Of a DNA stretch of 64,000 nt, positions 52,520-63,677 are shown in pieces; position 1 is the stretch's first letter; the number at the start of each line of letters is the position of its first letter. Below the pieces are notes generated by a model. That model saw nothing but the letters and a program-made list of their open reading frames with translations. It did not search any database and had not been told where the DNA came from. The translations under genes were made by a program, and so were the position numbers. The DNA is from Chromatiaceae bacterium (GTDB lineage: Bacteria > Pseudomonadota > Gammaproteobacteria > Chromatiales > Chromatiaceae): the NCBI GenBank assembly GCA_019356535.1, contig CP037918.1, positions 1,332,315 to 1,396,314 on the forward strand. The letters are read 5' to 3'.

Positions 52520-52899
52520 TCGGGGATGACAACCGATTCAGAGAAGTCCATCACCACCGAGACATTGCCGATAACCGGCTTGCGCACCTCGTACCGGACA
52601 TCGATACGGGTCCCGTTCTTGACTTTCTTGATCCGGATATTGTCACGCGAAAAATCGTACACGCCATTGATGCGGAAACGCCTGAGCAGGTTGCTCTTGA
52701 GCTGGCGATGGCTCATGTCACGCGAGCCACGATCCTGAGCGACATTGGCGAGAACCTCCTTGATCGCAAAGTTCTCGATATAGGTCGGCACCATCTTGAC
52801 GCCGATCAGGGCGAAGAAGATGGCGATGGCAATCACCAGCAACCAGGAAATAAAAGTCAGCCCCCGTTGCCGTGCGGGGATCGGGCGGTCGTGGGACAT
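52516..52899 (-). CDS. DUF4845-type protein (pilin-like N-terminus)
   Basis: RQRGLTFISWL; conserved position between lepB and rnc. Confidence 0.8.
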   Translation of the reverse strand: MSHDRPIPARQRGLTFISWLLVIAIAIFFALIGVKMVPTYIENFAIKEVLANVAQDRGSRDMSHRQLKSNLLRRFRINGVYDFSRDNIRIKKVKNGTRIDVRYEVRKPVIGNVSVVMDFSESVVIPE

Positions 52900-52953
52900 G
52901 GCGTTCTCCGATGACAAGGGTTTGACCGATTTTTTCCCGGTTTCAGGCAGGAA

Positions 52954-53796
52954 TCAATGGACCAGGGACCCGATCCGATCCCAGGCGATGATGCCGGGTC
53001 GCTTCCAGTCGAGACTGAACCAGATCAGGAAGGCCTTGCCGACCAGATTCTCTTCCGGCACGAAGCCCCAGCAACGCCCGTCATTGGAGTCGTCGCGGTT
53101 GTCGCCCATCATCAGGTAATGCCCTTCGGGGACCACGATCTCGCGATAGCCCATGAAGGTACAGGACGGATTGAAGTCCGGCGCCATGGGGTTGATCAAT
53201 ACCGAATGCTTCACACCCTCGAGATCCTCGATGGCTTCAACTGAGCCCAGGGCACGGGTACCCGAACCCACCGGCTGGTAGGGGCCGATCGGCTCGATCG
53301 GCTGTGGCTTGCCGTTGATGTAGAGCGTCTTGTTACGGTAACGGATGTGATCGCCCGGTAGACCGACCAGACGCTTGATATAGTCGAACTTCGGATTCAT
53401 CGGGTAGCGAAACACCACCACGTCACCACGTTGCGGCTGGTTGATTTCCAGCAGCTTGGTCTTGGTCACCGGCATACGCAGGCCATAGGTAAACTTGTTG
53501 ACCAGGATGAAATCCCCGACCAGCAGGGTGGGCATCATCGAGCCCGAGGGGATACGAAACGGCTCGGCCACAAAGGCACGGAGCAGCAGCACGACCAGAA
53601 AGATGGGGAAGAAGGAACGGGCGTACTCGGCATAACCGGGCAGCTCTTCGCGCTTCTGCGGGCCCTTGACCAGGCGGTGGATCAGCCAGACGATGCCGGT
53701 GAGCGCCGCACCAGCCGCCAGGGCATGCTCGATGCCGAACTGAAAGATGATCCAGACCAGGGTGCCGAAGAAACCGGCGAGTATCAGGTAGTCCAC
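52954..53796 (-). CDS. lepB: Signal peptidase I
   Basis: EPFRIPSGSM.PTL, DYIKR, MGDNRD.S.D.R. Confidence 0.97.
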   Translation of the reverse strand: MDYLILAGFFGTLVWIIFQFGIEHALAAGAALTGIVWLIHRLVKGPQKREELPGYAEYARSFFPIFLVVLLLRAFVAEPFRIPSGSMMPTLLVGDFILVNKFTYGLRMPVTKTKLLEINQPQRGDVVVFRYPMNPKFDYIKRLVGLPGDHIRYRNKTLYINGKPQPIEPIGPYQPVGSGTRALGSVEAIEDLEGVKHSVLINPMAPDFNPSCTFMGYREIVVPEGHYLMMGDNRDDSNDGRCWGFVPEENLVGKAFLIWFSLDWKRPGIIAWDRIGSLVH

Positions 53797-53824
53797 GAAA
53801 TCGTCTCCCCAGGCGGCGTCCCGC

Positions 53825-55633
53825 CTACTTGTTATCCTTGCCCACGTGCAGCACAGCGAGGAAGGCCTCCTGCGGGATCTCCACCCGGCCTACCTGTTTC
53901 ATGCGTTTCTTGCCGGCTTTCTGTTTTTCCAGCAGCTTGCGCTTGCGGGTGATGTCGCCGCCGTAGCACTTGGCCGTCACGTTCTTGCGCAGCGCCTTGA
54001 CTGTGGAGCGCGCGATGATCTTGCTGCCGATCGCCGCCTGGATGGCGACCTCGAACATCTGCCGCGGGATGATCTCCTTCATCTTCTCGGTCAACTCGCG
54101 GCCACGCGACTCGGCGTGATCGCGGTGCACGATCAGCGACAGGGCATCGACCCGTTCGCCATTGATGAGGATGTCGAGCTTCACCAGATTCGACGGCTGG
54201 AAACGCTTGAACTCGTATTCGAAAGAGGCATAGCCCCGACTCACCGACTTGAGGCGGTCGAAGAAGTCGAGCACCACCTCGTTGAGCGGGAGCTCGTAGG
54301 TGAGCTGCACCTGGCCGCCCAGGTATTGCATGTTCTTCTGCACCCCGCGCTTCTCGATGCACAGATTGATGACATTGCCCAGGTAGTCCTGCGGCACCAG
54401 GATGTTGGCGTTGATGATGGGCTCACGAATCTCGTCGATGCGGGCCGGATCGGGCAGGTCGGCCGGGTTGTCGATCTGGATCACGCTGCCGTCGTTGAGC
54501 GCCACCTCATAGACCACGGTCGGGGCGGTGGTGATCAGATCGAGGTCGTATTCACGCTCCAGGCGTTCCTGCACGATTTCCATGTGCAGCATGCCAAGGA
54601 AGCCACAACGGAACCCGAAACCCAGCGCCTGCGAGGCCTCGGGTTCGAAGTGCAGCGCGGCATCGTTGAGCCGGAGCTTGTGCAGGGCCTCGCGGAAGGC
54701 TTCATAGTCGTCCGAGCTGACCGGATAGAGCCCCGCGAAAACCCGCGGGCGCATCTCCTGGAACCCCGGCAGGGGTTCGGCGGCACGGTTGTCAGCCAGG
54801 GTGATGGTGTCACCCACGGGCGCGCCGTCGATCTCCTTGATACCTGCGATCACGAAGCCGACCTCGCCGGTCGAGAGCACCTTGCGCTCCTCGCGCTTGG
54901 GGGTGAACACCCCGACCTTCTCGACCTGGAAGGTGCGCCCGATGGACATCACGTACATCTTGTCCTTGGGACGGATCTCACCGTTGACCACGCGGATCAG
55001 TGAAATCACGCCCACATAGGGGTCGAACCAGGAATCGATGATCAGCGCCTGCAGGGGCGCCTCACGGTCACCCACGGGGGGCGGCACGTGTTCGACCAGC
55101 GCCTCGAGCAGGTCCGGAATACCCTCGCCCGTCTTGGCGCTGACCTTCAGCGCATCGCCCGCCTCGATGCCGATGATCTCTTCGATCTCCTGAATCACCC
55201 GCTCCGGATCGGCCGAGGGCAGGTCGATCTTGTTGAGCACCGGCAATACCTCGAGCCCCTGCTCGACGGCGGTGTAACAGTTGGCCACGCTCTGCGCCTC
55301 TACGCCCTGCGCGGCATCCACTACCAGCAGCGCGCCCTCGCAGGCGGCCAGCGAGCGCGAGACCTCGTAGGAAAAGTCCACGTGCCCCGGGGTGTCGATG
55401 AAGTTGAGCTGGTAGGTCTTGCCGTCGCGCGCAGTGTAGTTCAGGGTGACCGACTGCGCCTTGATGGTGATGCCACGCTCGCGCTCCAGGTCCATCGAGT
55501 CGAGCACCTGGGACTCCATTTCGCGCTCGGACAGCCCCCCGCACATCTGGATGAAGCGGTCAGCGATGGTCGACTTGCCATGGTCGATATGCGCGATGAT
55601 GGAAAAATTGCGGATGTGACTGAGGTCGGTCAT
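53825..55633 (-). CDS. lepA: Elongation factor 4
   Basis: [32 protein letters not shown]. Confidence 0.98.
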   Translation of the reverse strand: MTDLSHIRNFSIIAHIDHGKSTIADRFIQMCGGLSEREMESQVLDSMDLERERGITIKAQSVTLNYTARDGKTYQLNFIDTPGHVDFSYEVSRSLAACEGALLVVDAAQGVEAQSVANCYTAVEQGLEVLPVLNKIDLPSADPERVIQEIEEIIGIEAGDALKVSAKTGEGIPDLLEALVEHVPPPVGDREAPLQALIIDSWFDPYVGVISLIRVVNGEIRPKDKMYVMSIGRTFQVEKVGVFTPKREERKVLSTGEVGFVIAGIKEIDGAPVGDTITLADNRAAEPLPGFQEMRPRVFAGLYPVSSDDYEAFREALHKLRLNDAALHFEPEASQALGFGFRCGFLGMLHMEIVQERLEREYDLDLITTAPTVVYEVALNDGSVIQIDNPADLPDPARIDEIREPIINANILVPQDYLGNVINLCIEKRGVQKNMQYLGGQVQLTYELPLNEVVLDFFDRLKSVSRGYASFEYEFKRFQPSNLVKLDILINGERVDALSLIVHRDHAESRGRELTEKMKEIIPRQMFEVAIQAAIGSKIIARSTVKALRKNVTAKCYGGDITRKRKLLEKQKAGKKRMKQVGRVEIPQEAFLAVLHVGKDNK

Positions 55634-55678
55634 GAAAGACTGCTGTCTGGCTGTTCGGTGGAGGCCGGCGGCCGGACA

Positions 55679-55709
55679 GAAAAAACGGAACCCCCAGACG
55701 GAGATTCCG
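55679..55709 (-). terminator. Intrinsic terminator after the degP-glutaredoxin genes
   Basis: CGGAATCTCCGTCTGGGGGTTCCG followed by TTTTTT on the minus strand. Confidence 0.7.
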
Positions 55710-55739
55710 CGCGCCTGGCGCAGGCCTTCGAAGGATGGA

Positions 55740-55997
55740 TTATAGCGGATTCACCGGCGCGCCGAAACGCGTGGTAAGCCGCTCGATATCGGCAAAATAT
55801 TCGCAGATCATCTCGTCGTCCAGGCACAATACCGGCACCTTCAGACCATAGCGTTCCCGCCACTGCGCGTTGCTGTCCACGTCGCGCCAGGACAGACGTT
55901 CGGCCAAATGTGGCCAGCCGCGAAACAGCACGGCTGCCATCTCCTCACAGAGATGGCAGCCTTCGCGGTAATAGAGGACGAGGCCGCCTTCAGTCAT
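55740..55997 (-). CDS. Glutaredoxin-like protein (DUF836)
   Basis: [11 protein letters not shown]....RYG..VPVL. Confidence 0.85.
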   Translation of the reverse strand: MTEGGLVLYYREGCHLCEEMAAVLFRGWPHLAERLSWRDVDSNAQWRERYGLKVPVLCLDDEMICEYFADIERLTTRFGAPVNPL

Positions 55998-57420
55998 TCA
56001 CGCGGATGGCGACGAACAACGGCTGGCCATCACGCAGGATCAGGGCCGCCACGGTCCCCTTCGCCTCCTCGGCCAACTTGCGCAGGTGCGCCGCGCTCTC
56101 GACCTTCTTGCGGTTGAACATGCGAATCACGTCACCGCGCAGCAAGCCGGCCTCGCGCGCCGGGCCCTCGTCTTCGACTTGGGTGATCAGGGCACCGCCA
56201 GCGGGCAGCTTGGCACGCTTGCGCGCCTCGGGTGTCAGGTCGGTCACCACCGCACCCAGCCGCTCGATGCGATTCGGATCGACGCGCTGGCCACCGCCGG
56301 CGCTGGCGCTCATGGCCTCTTCCGGCAGCTCGGCGATACGCACCTTGACCGACATGCGCTCGCCGTCGCGGATGATGGTGAGTGTGGCCTCCTGGTCCAC
56401 CGGGCTGGCGCCGACCAGCGGCGGCAGTTCACCCGAGCGCTTGATCGGCGTGCCATTGAACTCGACGATGATGTCGCCCGGCTGGAGCCCCGCCTTCTCG
56501 GCCGGAGTGTCCTTCATCACTTGCGTGACCAGAGCGCCCTGCGGCTGCTTCAACCCGAAAGACTCGGCCAGGTTGCGGTCCACGTCCTGAATGAGTACAC
56601 CCAGGTAGCCGCGCGACACGTGACCGGTCTTGCGCAGCTGCTCGGCTACGTTCATCGCCAGCTCGATGGGAATGGCGAACGATAGCCCCATGAAGCCGCC
56701 GGTCCGGCTGTAGATCTGCGAATTGATGCCTACGACCTCGCCGTCCATGTTGATCAGCGGACCGCCCGAGTTGCCGGGGTTGATGGCCACGTCAGTCTGG
56801 ATGAAGGGAACATAGTTCTCGCTCGGCAGGCTGCGCCCCTTCGCCGAGACGATGCCGGCCGTCACGCTGTGGTCGAAACCAAAGGGCGAACCGATGGCCA
56901 GCACCCATTCGCCCACCTCCAGCTCGCTCGACTTGCCGATCTTCACCGTGGGCAGGTTGTCGGCCTCGATCTTGATCAGTGCCACGTCACTGGCCTTGTC
57001 GCTGCCGATCACCTTGGCATCGAACACGCGGCGATCGCTCAAGCGCACCTCAACCGTGTCGGCACCATCGATCACATGCCGGTTGGTCAGGATGTAACCG
57101 TCTTCCGAGATAATGAAACCCGAACCGAGGGACTGCATGTCCGGCTCCGGCATGGGCACATGTGGAATACCCTCGAAGAAGCGCCGAAACAGGTCATTGA
57201 AGGGGCTGTCCTCCGGCAGATCCGGGATCTTGAACTGATGCGGGAATTGCGGTTTGTCAGTCTTCTTGACCTCGCGATGGGTGCTGATATTGACCACTGC
57301 CGGGCTGTTCTCGCGCGCCAGATCGGTAAAGTCCGGCAGCTTGCCGGCGAATGCCTGGCCGAGCGCCATCCAGCCGGCCAGCAACACCCCGATCGAAAGA
57401 ATGCGAATCGTCTTCGACAT
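55990..57420 (-). CDS. degP: DegP/DegQ/MucD periplasmic serine endoprotease
   Basis: GSGFII, TNRH, DVAL, INPGNSGG, two PDZ domains. Confidence 0.93.
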   Translation of the reverse strand: MSKTIRILSIGVLLAGWMALGQAFAGKLPDFTDLARENSPAVVNISTHREVKKTDKPQFPHQFKIPDLPEDSPFNDLFRRFFEGIPHVPMPEPDMQSLGSGFIISEDGYILTNRHVIDGADTVEVRLSDRRVFDAKVIGSDKASDVALIKIEADNLPTVKIGKSSELEVGEWVLAIGSPFGFDHSVTAGIVSAKGRSLPSENYVPFIQTDVAINPGNSGGPLINMDGEVVGINSQIYSRTGGFMGLSFAIPIELAMNVAEQLRKTGHVSRGYLGVLIQDVDRNLAESFGLKQPQGALVTQVMKDTPAEKAGLQPGDIIVEFNGTPIKRSGELPPLVGASPVDQEATLTIIRDGERMSVKVRIAELPEEAMSASAGGGQRVDPNRIERLGAVVTDLTPEARKRAKLPAGGALITQVEDEGPAREAGLLRGDVIRMFNRKKVESAAHLRKLAEEAKGTVAALILRDGQPLFVAIRVND

Positions 57421-57470
57421 GATGCTTTTCCTTGTTTGTTCGTTGATATCGTCGTACGGCAGGAAGTGGA

Positions 57471-57977
57471 TCAGGCATGCAGACCAAGGTTCCTGATCGC
57501 CACGGTCTGCACATCGGGCTCGACCCGCAGGATACGCACCGAGTGTGCGATGCGGGCGCTGGCGCCATGACTGCGCCAGCGGACCCAGAAGATTGCCGCC
57601 GTCAAGCCGGATAGACCACCGAGGATGGCCGCGAGTTCCGATCCGCCCCCTGCCGCCCCACCGGCGCCGAACAGATCACCGAGAACGGCCCCGCCCAGCA
57701 GCCCCAGCAACGGCACGGCATACAACAGCACGGTATTGCGTTGCAGGTAACCCTCGTCGATACCCAGCACCACGCGTTGGCCCGGCAGGGGACGACGGGC
57801 CAGATGATCGATCGGCAGGCGCAGCGGTTGCCGTGCACGGGCGGGGAACAGTTTCGCCAGCAGGCCGGTCCCACAGGTGCTGTTCGCCTGACAGCTCCCG
57901 CAAGCTGACTGACTCTCGGTCTGCAAGAGGGCGACATCTCCCTCGATGGCAACCACGCGGGCGTGTTGCTCGATCAT
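57471..57977 (-). CDS. rseC: RseC/MucC
   Basis: SACGSC....CG, Y..PL. Confidence 0.9.
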   Translation of the reverse strand: MIEQHARVVAIEGDVALLQTESQSACGSCQANSTCGTGLLAKLFPARARQPLRLPIDHLARRPLPGQRVVLGIDEGYLQRNTVLLYAVPLLGLLGGAVLGDLFGAGGAAGGGSELAAILGGLSGLTAAIFWVRWRSHGASARIAHSVRILRVEPDVQTVAIRNLGLHA

Positions 57978-58927
57978 CTCGGTTCCGCCGTGTGAGCAAT
58001 CTGACGCAAGGTGGCGCGTGGCACCTCACCGACGGCTACCAACTGGTAACCGTCCCGGACCACGCCAAAGGCCTCGGTGGCGCCGATCCGCGAGAAGCCA
58101 TTCAGCACCGGCTCCCGCTCGTAATTGGGTTCAATGTAGAGCGATACCGAAGCCAGGCCGTCGGTGAAGACATAGTGCTGCGTACCCTCGCCCGCGCTGC
58201 TCTGAGTGATCAGACGAAAACCGGCCGGCAGGCCACGGAACTGCCAGTCGATCTGCGGCACGGTCTCGGCATCCACCCCAACCTTGGGCGGCATACGGGT
58301 CAATTCCAGGGCCGAGATGTCCATCTCGATGGGCGTGACGTGCTCACCGGTCTTGAGATCGACAAACAGGGTCTGCGAGCGCACCTGGCCATCGTGCTCC
58401 AGCATCACCGAGCGCAATGGCAGGGCCGTGCGCTCGTCCAGATCGATGCGATAGCCGAAGCGCAAGCGGTCACGTGGACGGATCTCTATACGCCGCGCCG
58501 GACGGCCTGCGGCGCGCACCGGGCCGAGCATGACGAAATCATAGAACTGGCGCAGGTGCTCGAGATCGGGCGTATTGCGGTCCTGGATGCCGGCACGATT
58601 GCCCACCACGCTGATGTGCCGGCTGCGCGGTTCCAGACAGGCAACCCCCTGCTGGCCGCGGATCACCTGCTTGGGTTCACCGTCCAGTGCCACCAGGCGC
58701 TCCAGTTCATGACCGTCGCGCACCCGGTGCACCACGTACATGCCGTCGAGCTGTTCCCCCACCTGGTAGACGAAACGCCCTTCGTAATCGGTACCGTGCA
58801 CCGCCTGCCGCATGCGCGCAAACCAGTCGGCGGCGTCGGACTCCCCGGCCACCGAGACCGGCGGCAATACCAGCGCCGACCACAAGACCGACACCAGTAG
58901 GGAACGCATCAGTTCAGGGACGGACAT
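57974..58927 (-). CDS. rseB: RseB/MucB
   Basis: Y.G.FVY, ERL..LDG, FTDGLASVSLYIE. Confidence 0.93.
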   Translation of the reverse strand: MSVPELMRSLLVSVLWSALVLPPVSVAGESDAADWFARMRQAVHGTDYEGRFVYQVGEQLDGMYVVHRVRDGHELERLVALDGEPKQVIRGQQGVACLEPRSRHISVVGNRAGIQDRNTPDLEHLRQFYDFVMLGPVRAAGRPARRIEIRPRDRLRFGYRIDLDERTALPLRSVMLEHDGQVRSQTLFVDLKTGEHVTPIEMDISALELTRMPPKVGVDAETVPQIDWQFRGLPAGFRLITQSSAGEGTQHYVFTDGLASVSLYIEPNYEREPVLNGFSRIGATEAFGVVRDGYQLVAVGEVPRATLRQIAHTAEPR

Positions 58928-59597
58928 GCTGATTGCTGACGAAACTCAGGTGTGCACTGGGTTGCTGGGCGGCGATCTGGCCGGCGACCTCGTTATGCTG
59001 CAACAGGTAACGCACCAGCTTCTCGCGCATCGCCGGCTTGAGTGTCTTCCAGTGCCCGGCCATTGCCGGTCGGGCCGCCGCGACGGATTCCGCGGCCAGG
59101 GGGCTGTTATGCACCGGCGTGGCCTGCAGGGACACAGTACGGAAACCATCGGCCGGCACACTCAGGCGCGGCGCGAAGGCAAAGGTCTGAGTCTCGGGTG
59201 CCAAGGGCGCCGTCTCCTGCACGCCGATCATCTGCGGGGCCACCGCTACCGCCACCATCGCCACGCCGGCGGCCAGCGCCGCCCCCAGGGCGAGCCGCGG
59301 CACGCGCAGCGCGTCACGCCACTGGCGCGGCGCAAGCACCGTGGGTTCGTCGCTCAGGGCCTGGCTCACGCGTTCGGCGATACCACTGGCATCGACCCGT
59401 GAATAACCATCACCAGCGATGTGCGCCGCGATCTGGGCATAGCGCTCGTAACGTTGACGCGCCCCGCGATCGCTGGCCAGCTCCGTGGCCATGCGCTTCA
59501 TCTCGTGCCTCGCCAGCTCGCCATCGAGAAAGGCGGAGAGTCGTTCTCCGTAACGTTCGTCGTCAGCCAGATCCCGTTTCTTGTTCATGTCATGCAC
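58914..59597 (-). CDS. rseA: Anti-sigma factor RseA/MucA
   Basis: ERLSAFLDGE, Y..I, TM segment, YLLQH. Confidence 0.9.
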   Translation of the reverse strand: MHDMNKKRDLADDERYGERLSAFLDGELARHEMKRMATELASDRGARQRYERYAQIAAHIAGDGYSRVDASGIAERVSQALSDEPTVLAPRQWRDALRVPRLALGAALAAGVAMVAVAVAPQMIGVQETAPLAPETQTFAFAPRLSVPADGFRTVSLQATPVHNSPLAAESVAAARPAMAGHWKTLKPAMREKLVRYLLQHNEVAGQIAAQQPSAHLSFVSNQHVRP

Positions 59598-60171
59598 CCA
59601 ACAGAGGTTTGATCTTCTTGTCTATCGCCTCGCGCGCACGGAAGATCCGCGAGCGCACCGTGCCGATGGGACAGTCCATTGCCTGGGCAATCTCTTCATA
59701 GCTCAGACCCTCGAGCTCGCGCAAGATGATCGCCGTTCGCAACTCCTCGGGCAGATCGTCCACCGCCTGCTTGATAGTGCGGGCAATCTCGTCCTGCAAG
59801 GCCAGTCGCTCGGGCGTGTCGAATTCCTTGAGCCGCGCGCCCAGATCGGTCTGTTCCGCCGTTTGCGCCTCGATGTCGTCCTGCGGCGGCCGGCGCGACT
59901 GCGCCGCCAGGTGGTTCTTGGCAGTGTTGATCGCCACCCGGTACAACCAGGTGTAGAAGGCGCTGTCGCCGCGAAACTTCGGCAAGGCCCGGTAGGCCTT
60001 GATAAAGGCCTCCTGGGTCACGTCCAGCACCTCGGACGGATCCCGGATATAGCGACTGATCAAGTTGGCCACCTTCTGCTGGTACTTCAGGACCAGCAGA
60101 TCGAAGGCCTTCTTGTCGCCCTTCTGCACCCGCTCGACCAGGACCTGGTCGGCATCCCTGTCGGAAGTCAT
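59590..60171 (-). CDS. rpoE: ECF sigma factor RpoE/AlgU
   Basis: DQVLVERVQ.GD..AF.LLV.KYQ, FRGDSAFYTWLYR, CPIGTVRSRIFRAR. Confidence 0.97.
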   Translation of the reverse strand: MTSDRDADQVLVERVQKGDKKAFDLLVLKYQQKVANLISRYIRDPSEVLDVTQEAFIKAYRALPKFRGDSAFYTWLYRVAINTAKNHLAAQSRRPPQDDIEAQTAEQTDLGARLKEFDTPERLALQDEIARTIKQAVDDLPEELRTAIILRELEGLSYEEIAQAMDCPIGTVRSRIFRAREAIDKKIKPLLGA

Positions 60172-60212
60172 TGCGGGCGCTCCCCGGCCACCGGTACCAC
60201 CTTTCCTGCCAT

Positions 60213-60239
60213 ATGGACAGGCGACGGGCATACAAGTTC
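60213..60239 (-). promoter_or_regulatory. Putative sigma-E-dependent rpoE promoter
   Basis: GAACTT-16 nt-TCCAT, ~40 bp upstream of the rpoE ATG. Confidence 0.7.
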
Positions 60240-60405
60240 AGGCCGACAAGCAACCAGGCGCGACACGTTCCAGTTCGATGTTCCGATCCTACACATGGTC
60301 GCATGATACTGTTTCCCCAGCTCGGGAGCGAACCGGCCGACGGATGCACACTGCCCTCCCTCCCGATAAACTTCCCTTCCGACCAAATTCACCGGGACCA
60401 ACTGC

Positions 60406-62028
60406 ATGACCGACACCCTGCCGACCACAGACGTTCTGATCATCGGCAGCGGCGCCGCCGGCCTCAGCCTGGCGCTGCGCCTGCCCGAGCAGGTGCGCTG
60501 CACCGTGGTCTCCAAGCGGGAACTCATCGAGGGCAACACCCTGTATGCCCAAGGCGGCATTTCGGCGGTGCTGGACTCGTCCGACTCACTGGAATCGCAC
60601 GTGCGCGACACCCTCAAGGCCGGTGCCGGCCTGTGCCAGGAAGACGTGGTGCGCACCGTGGTCGAGCGCGGCCCGGCGGCCATCCGCTGGCTGGCCGAGC
60701 AGGGGGTGGCCTTCACTCAGAAACCACCAACCGGCGATTCCGATTTCCATCTCACCCGCGAGGGCGGTCACAGCCACCGCCGCGTGGTACATGCCGCCGA
60801 CGCCACCGGTCGCGCGGTAGAGACCACCCTGGTCGCACAGGTGCGGCAACGTTCCAACGTAACCGTTCTCGAGCACCACATCGCGGTCGACGTTACCCGG
60901 GTGCGCAAGCGCGGCCGCGAACCCCGCTGCATCGGCGCCTACCTGCTTGACCTGCAACGTGACCGGGTGGTGGCTGCACCAGCGCGTACCGTGGTACTGG
61001 CTACCGGCGGGGCTGCCAAGGTCTATCTCTATACCAGCAACCCCGATGTGGCGACCGGCGACGGCATCGCCATGGCCTGGCGGGCCGGGTGCCGCATCGT
61101 CAACATGGAGTTCATCCAGTTCCACCCGACCTGTCTCTACCACCCGCAGGCCAAGTCCTTTCTCATCAGCGAGGCAGTGCGGGGCGAAGGTGGTCGCCTG
61201 CTATTGCCCGACGGCACGCGCTTCATGCCGCGCTACGACGAGCGCGCCGAACTGGCTCCACGTGACATCGTGGCGCGCGCCATCGACCACGAGATGAAGC
61301 GCCTGGGCACCGACTGCGTCTATCTCGACATCAGCCACAAACCGGCGGCCTTCGTCGAGGAGCATTTCCCCACCATCCATGCCCGCTGCCTGGAACTGGG
61401 TTTCGACATGCGCAAGGAACCCATCCCCGTGGTCCCCGCAGCGCACTACACCTGCGGCGGGGTACGCGTGGACACCCATGGCGAGACCGACATCCCCGGT
61501 CTGTTCGCCATCGGCGAGACCGCCTATACCGGCCTGCACGGGGCCAACCGCATGGCCAGCAATTCCCTGCTCGAGTGCCTGGTGTACGGCGAGCTGGCAC
61601 TGGAACGCATTCTGCAGCGGCTGGCCGAAGCGGACAGCGACCCGCAGGTGCCTGCCTGGGACGAGAGCCGGGTCACCGACTCCGACGAAGAGGTGGTGGT
61701 ATCCCATAACTGGGAAGAGCTGCGTCGCTTCATGTGGGACTATGTCGGCATCGTGCGCAGCAACAAGCGACTGGCGCGTGCGCGTCGGCGAGTGGATCTG
61801 CTGCGCCACGAAATCGACGAGTACTACGGCAACTTTCGGGTCTCGAACGACCTGCTGGAGCTGCGCAACCTGGTCGAGGTGGCCGACCTGATCGTGCAGT
61901 CGGCGCAGCGCCGCCGCGAGAGCCGCGGCCTGCACCACAACATCGACTTCCCCGAGACCGATCCCAATCAGGCGCAGCCCACGGTACTGATACCCGACAA
62001 CTATGTCCCTCGCGTCCCGGTAGACTGA
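60406..62028 (+). CDS. nadB: L-aspartate oxidase
   Basis: [36 protein letters not shown]. Confidence 0.97.
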   Translation: MTDTLPTTDVLIIGSGAAGLSLALRLPEQVRCTVVSKRELIEGNTLYAQGGISAVLDSSDSLESHVRDTLKAGAGLCQEDVVRTVVERGPAAIRWLAEQGVAFTQKPPTGDSDFHLTREGGHSHRRVVHAADATGRAVETTLVAQVRQRSNVTVLEHHIAVDVTRVRKRGREPRCIGAYLLDLQRDRVVAAPARTVVLATGGAAKVYLYTSNPDVATGDGIAMAWRAGCRIVNMEFIQFHPTCLYHPQAKSFLISEAVRGEGGRLLLPDGTRFMPRYDERAELAPRDIVARAIDHEMKRLGTDCVYLDISHKPAAFVEEHFPTIHARCLELGFDMRKEPIPVVPAAHYTCGGVRVDTHGETDIPGLFAIGETAYTGLHGANRMASNSLLECLVYGELALERILQRLAEADSDPQVPAWDESRVTDSDEEVVVSHNWEELRRFMWDYVGIVRSNKRLARARRRVDLLRHEIDEYYGNFRVSNDLLELRNLVEVADLIVQSAQRRRESRGLHHNIDFPETDPNQAQPTVLIPDNYVPRVPVD

Positions 62029-62441
62029 TCGAGACCCGCCTCTGGGGGCAGGCCATCGAGCAACAGCCGGCGCAAGGCGCGATGATCTTCGGGATCGGCA
62101 CTGTCGGCCGGCACCACCAGCGGGACCGGGCCGCTGGGCGTCATCAGTTCGCCGCTGGCCAACCAGTGCGACACCCAGCCGCGGCGCAAGCCGGTGACCG
62201 GCAGCACAGCACCCCCGCTCTGGCGCAGGCGCCAGCCTGCCTCCTCCTGCCAGAGTCGCAGCTCCGGACCGCCCAGGCCGGGCGTGCTGCGCCACCACCA
62301 GAACAGCACCAGGCTCCAGGCCAGGCCGATCAGCAGGCGCCCCTCGATGCGGGTGGCAGCGAGCAGTGCCAGCACGAGTAGCCCCGATATGAGCACCGCC
62401 CGGCGTCCCCACCGCGACGGCTGAATGTGAAGGATCTGCAT
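62001..62441 (-). CDS. YgfX/CptA-like membrane protein
   Basis: I.PS, two TM helices, D....R.LRR.L; convergent with nadB. Confidence 0.6.
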   Translation of the reverse strand: MQILHIQPSRWGRRAVLISGLLVLALLAATRIEGRLLIGLAWSLVLFWWWRSTPGLGGPELRLWQEEAGWRLRQSGGAVLPVTGLRRGWVSHWLASGELMTPSGPVPLVVPADSADPEDHRALRRLLLDGLPPEAGLDQSTGTRGT

Positions 62442-62517
62442 GTCACGCCTCCCTGCGTGTCAGCAACGGCTGCGAATTCCACCGGCTCCCGGGATGCCGG
62501 TGCAACATCCGGGGTAG

Positions 62518-63291
62518 TCAGTGCCGGAGGAACAGGCGGTCGAAATTGGCGCTGCTCAGGCGCGCTACCTCGGCCGTGTCCAGCCCGCGCAAGCCGGCGA
62601 TGGTCTCGGCGACCTGCGCCACGTAGCGGGGCTCGTTGGGTTTGCCCCGATGCGGCACCGGCGCCAGGTAGGGCGAGTCGGTCTCGATCAGCAGACGATC
62701 GAGCGGCACCCGCCGTGCGACCTCGCGCAGGGCCTCGGCGTTCTTGAAGGTGACGATCCCGGAAAACGAGATGTAGAAGCCCATGGCCATGGCCGCCTCG
62801 GCCATCTCCCAAGTCTCGGTGAAGCAGTGCATCACCCCGCCGACTTCGGCCGCGTTCTCCTCCTCGAGGATGCGCAGGGTGTCCTCGCGTGCCTCGCGCG
62901 TGTGGATGATCAGCGGCTTTCCCGTCTCGCGCGCGGCACGGATGTGGATGCGGAAGCGCTCGCGCTGCCATTCCAGGTCGCCTTCGGCACGAAAGTAGTC
63001 CAGGCCGGTCTCGCCGATGGCAACGTTGCGCGGATCGTCGGCCAGCGCCACCAGTTCCTCGACCGTGGGCGTGCGGCGATCGTGGTCGCAGGGATGCACG
63101 CCGACCGAGACCAGCACCTCGTCGTAAGGCGCGACCAGCTCGCGCATCGCCGGATAGGACTCGAGGTCGATGGCCACGCACAGCATGCGCTCCACCCCGG
63201 CCTCGCGGTTGGCGGCCAGCATGCGCGAAAAATCGCCCTCGTAGGGCGCCAGGTCGACACGATCGAGATGACAATGGGAATCGACAAACAT
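62518..63291 (-). CDS. TatD-family DNase
   Basis: DSHCH, GVHP, GETGLDY, IHTR, HCF, ETDSPY. Confidence 0.95.
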   Translation of the reverse strand: MFVDSHCHLDRVDLAPYEGDFSRMLAANREAGVERMLCVAIDLESYPAMRELVAPYDEVLVSVGVHPCDHDRRTPTVEELVALADDPRNVAIGETGLDYFRAEGDLEWQRERFRIHIRAARETGKPLIIHTREAREDTLRILEEENAAEVGGVMHCFTETWEMAEAAMAMGFYISFSGIVTFKNAEALREVARRVPLDRLLIETDSPYLAPVPHRGKPNEPRYVAQVAETIAGLRGLDTAEVARLSSANFDRLFLRH

Positions 63292-63323
63292 CGGGAATCC
63301 TGCTGCGGGCGGGGCCCGCCGGT

Positions 63324-63677
63324 TTACATGGTATGGGTGGCCTTGTCCGACTTGAGCATACCGGCCAGGTAGCCCTCGATCTTGTTGCGCGCCACGCCGT
63401 TGTCCTGATCGGAGAACTGTACCCCGATGCCGGCCGCACGGTTACCCTCGGCCCCCACGGGGGTGATCCAGATAATCTTGCCGGCGACAGGCAGGCGCTC
63501 GCTCTCGTCCATCAGACTGAGCAGCATGAACACTTCGTCGCCCAGCTTGTAGGGCTTGCTGGTCGGAATGAACAGACCGCCGTTCTTGACGAACTGCATG
63601 TAGGCAGCATAGAGCGCACGCTTGTCCTTGATGGTCAGGGACAGGATGCCCTGTCGAGTACGGGGGCCAGCCATCAA
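63324..63677 (-). CDS. pilZ: Type IV pilus assembly PilZ
   Basis: LY.AYM.FVKNGGLFIPT, GIGVQF, THTM. Confidence 0.95.
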   Translation of the reverse strand: MMAGPRTRQGILSLTIKDKRALYAAYMQFVKNGGLFIPTSKPYKLGDEVFMLLSLMDESERLPVAGKIIWITPVGAEGNRAAGIGVQFSDQDNGVARNKIEGYLAGMLKSDKATHTM

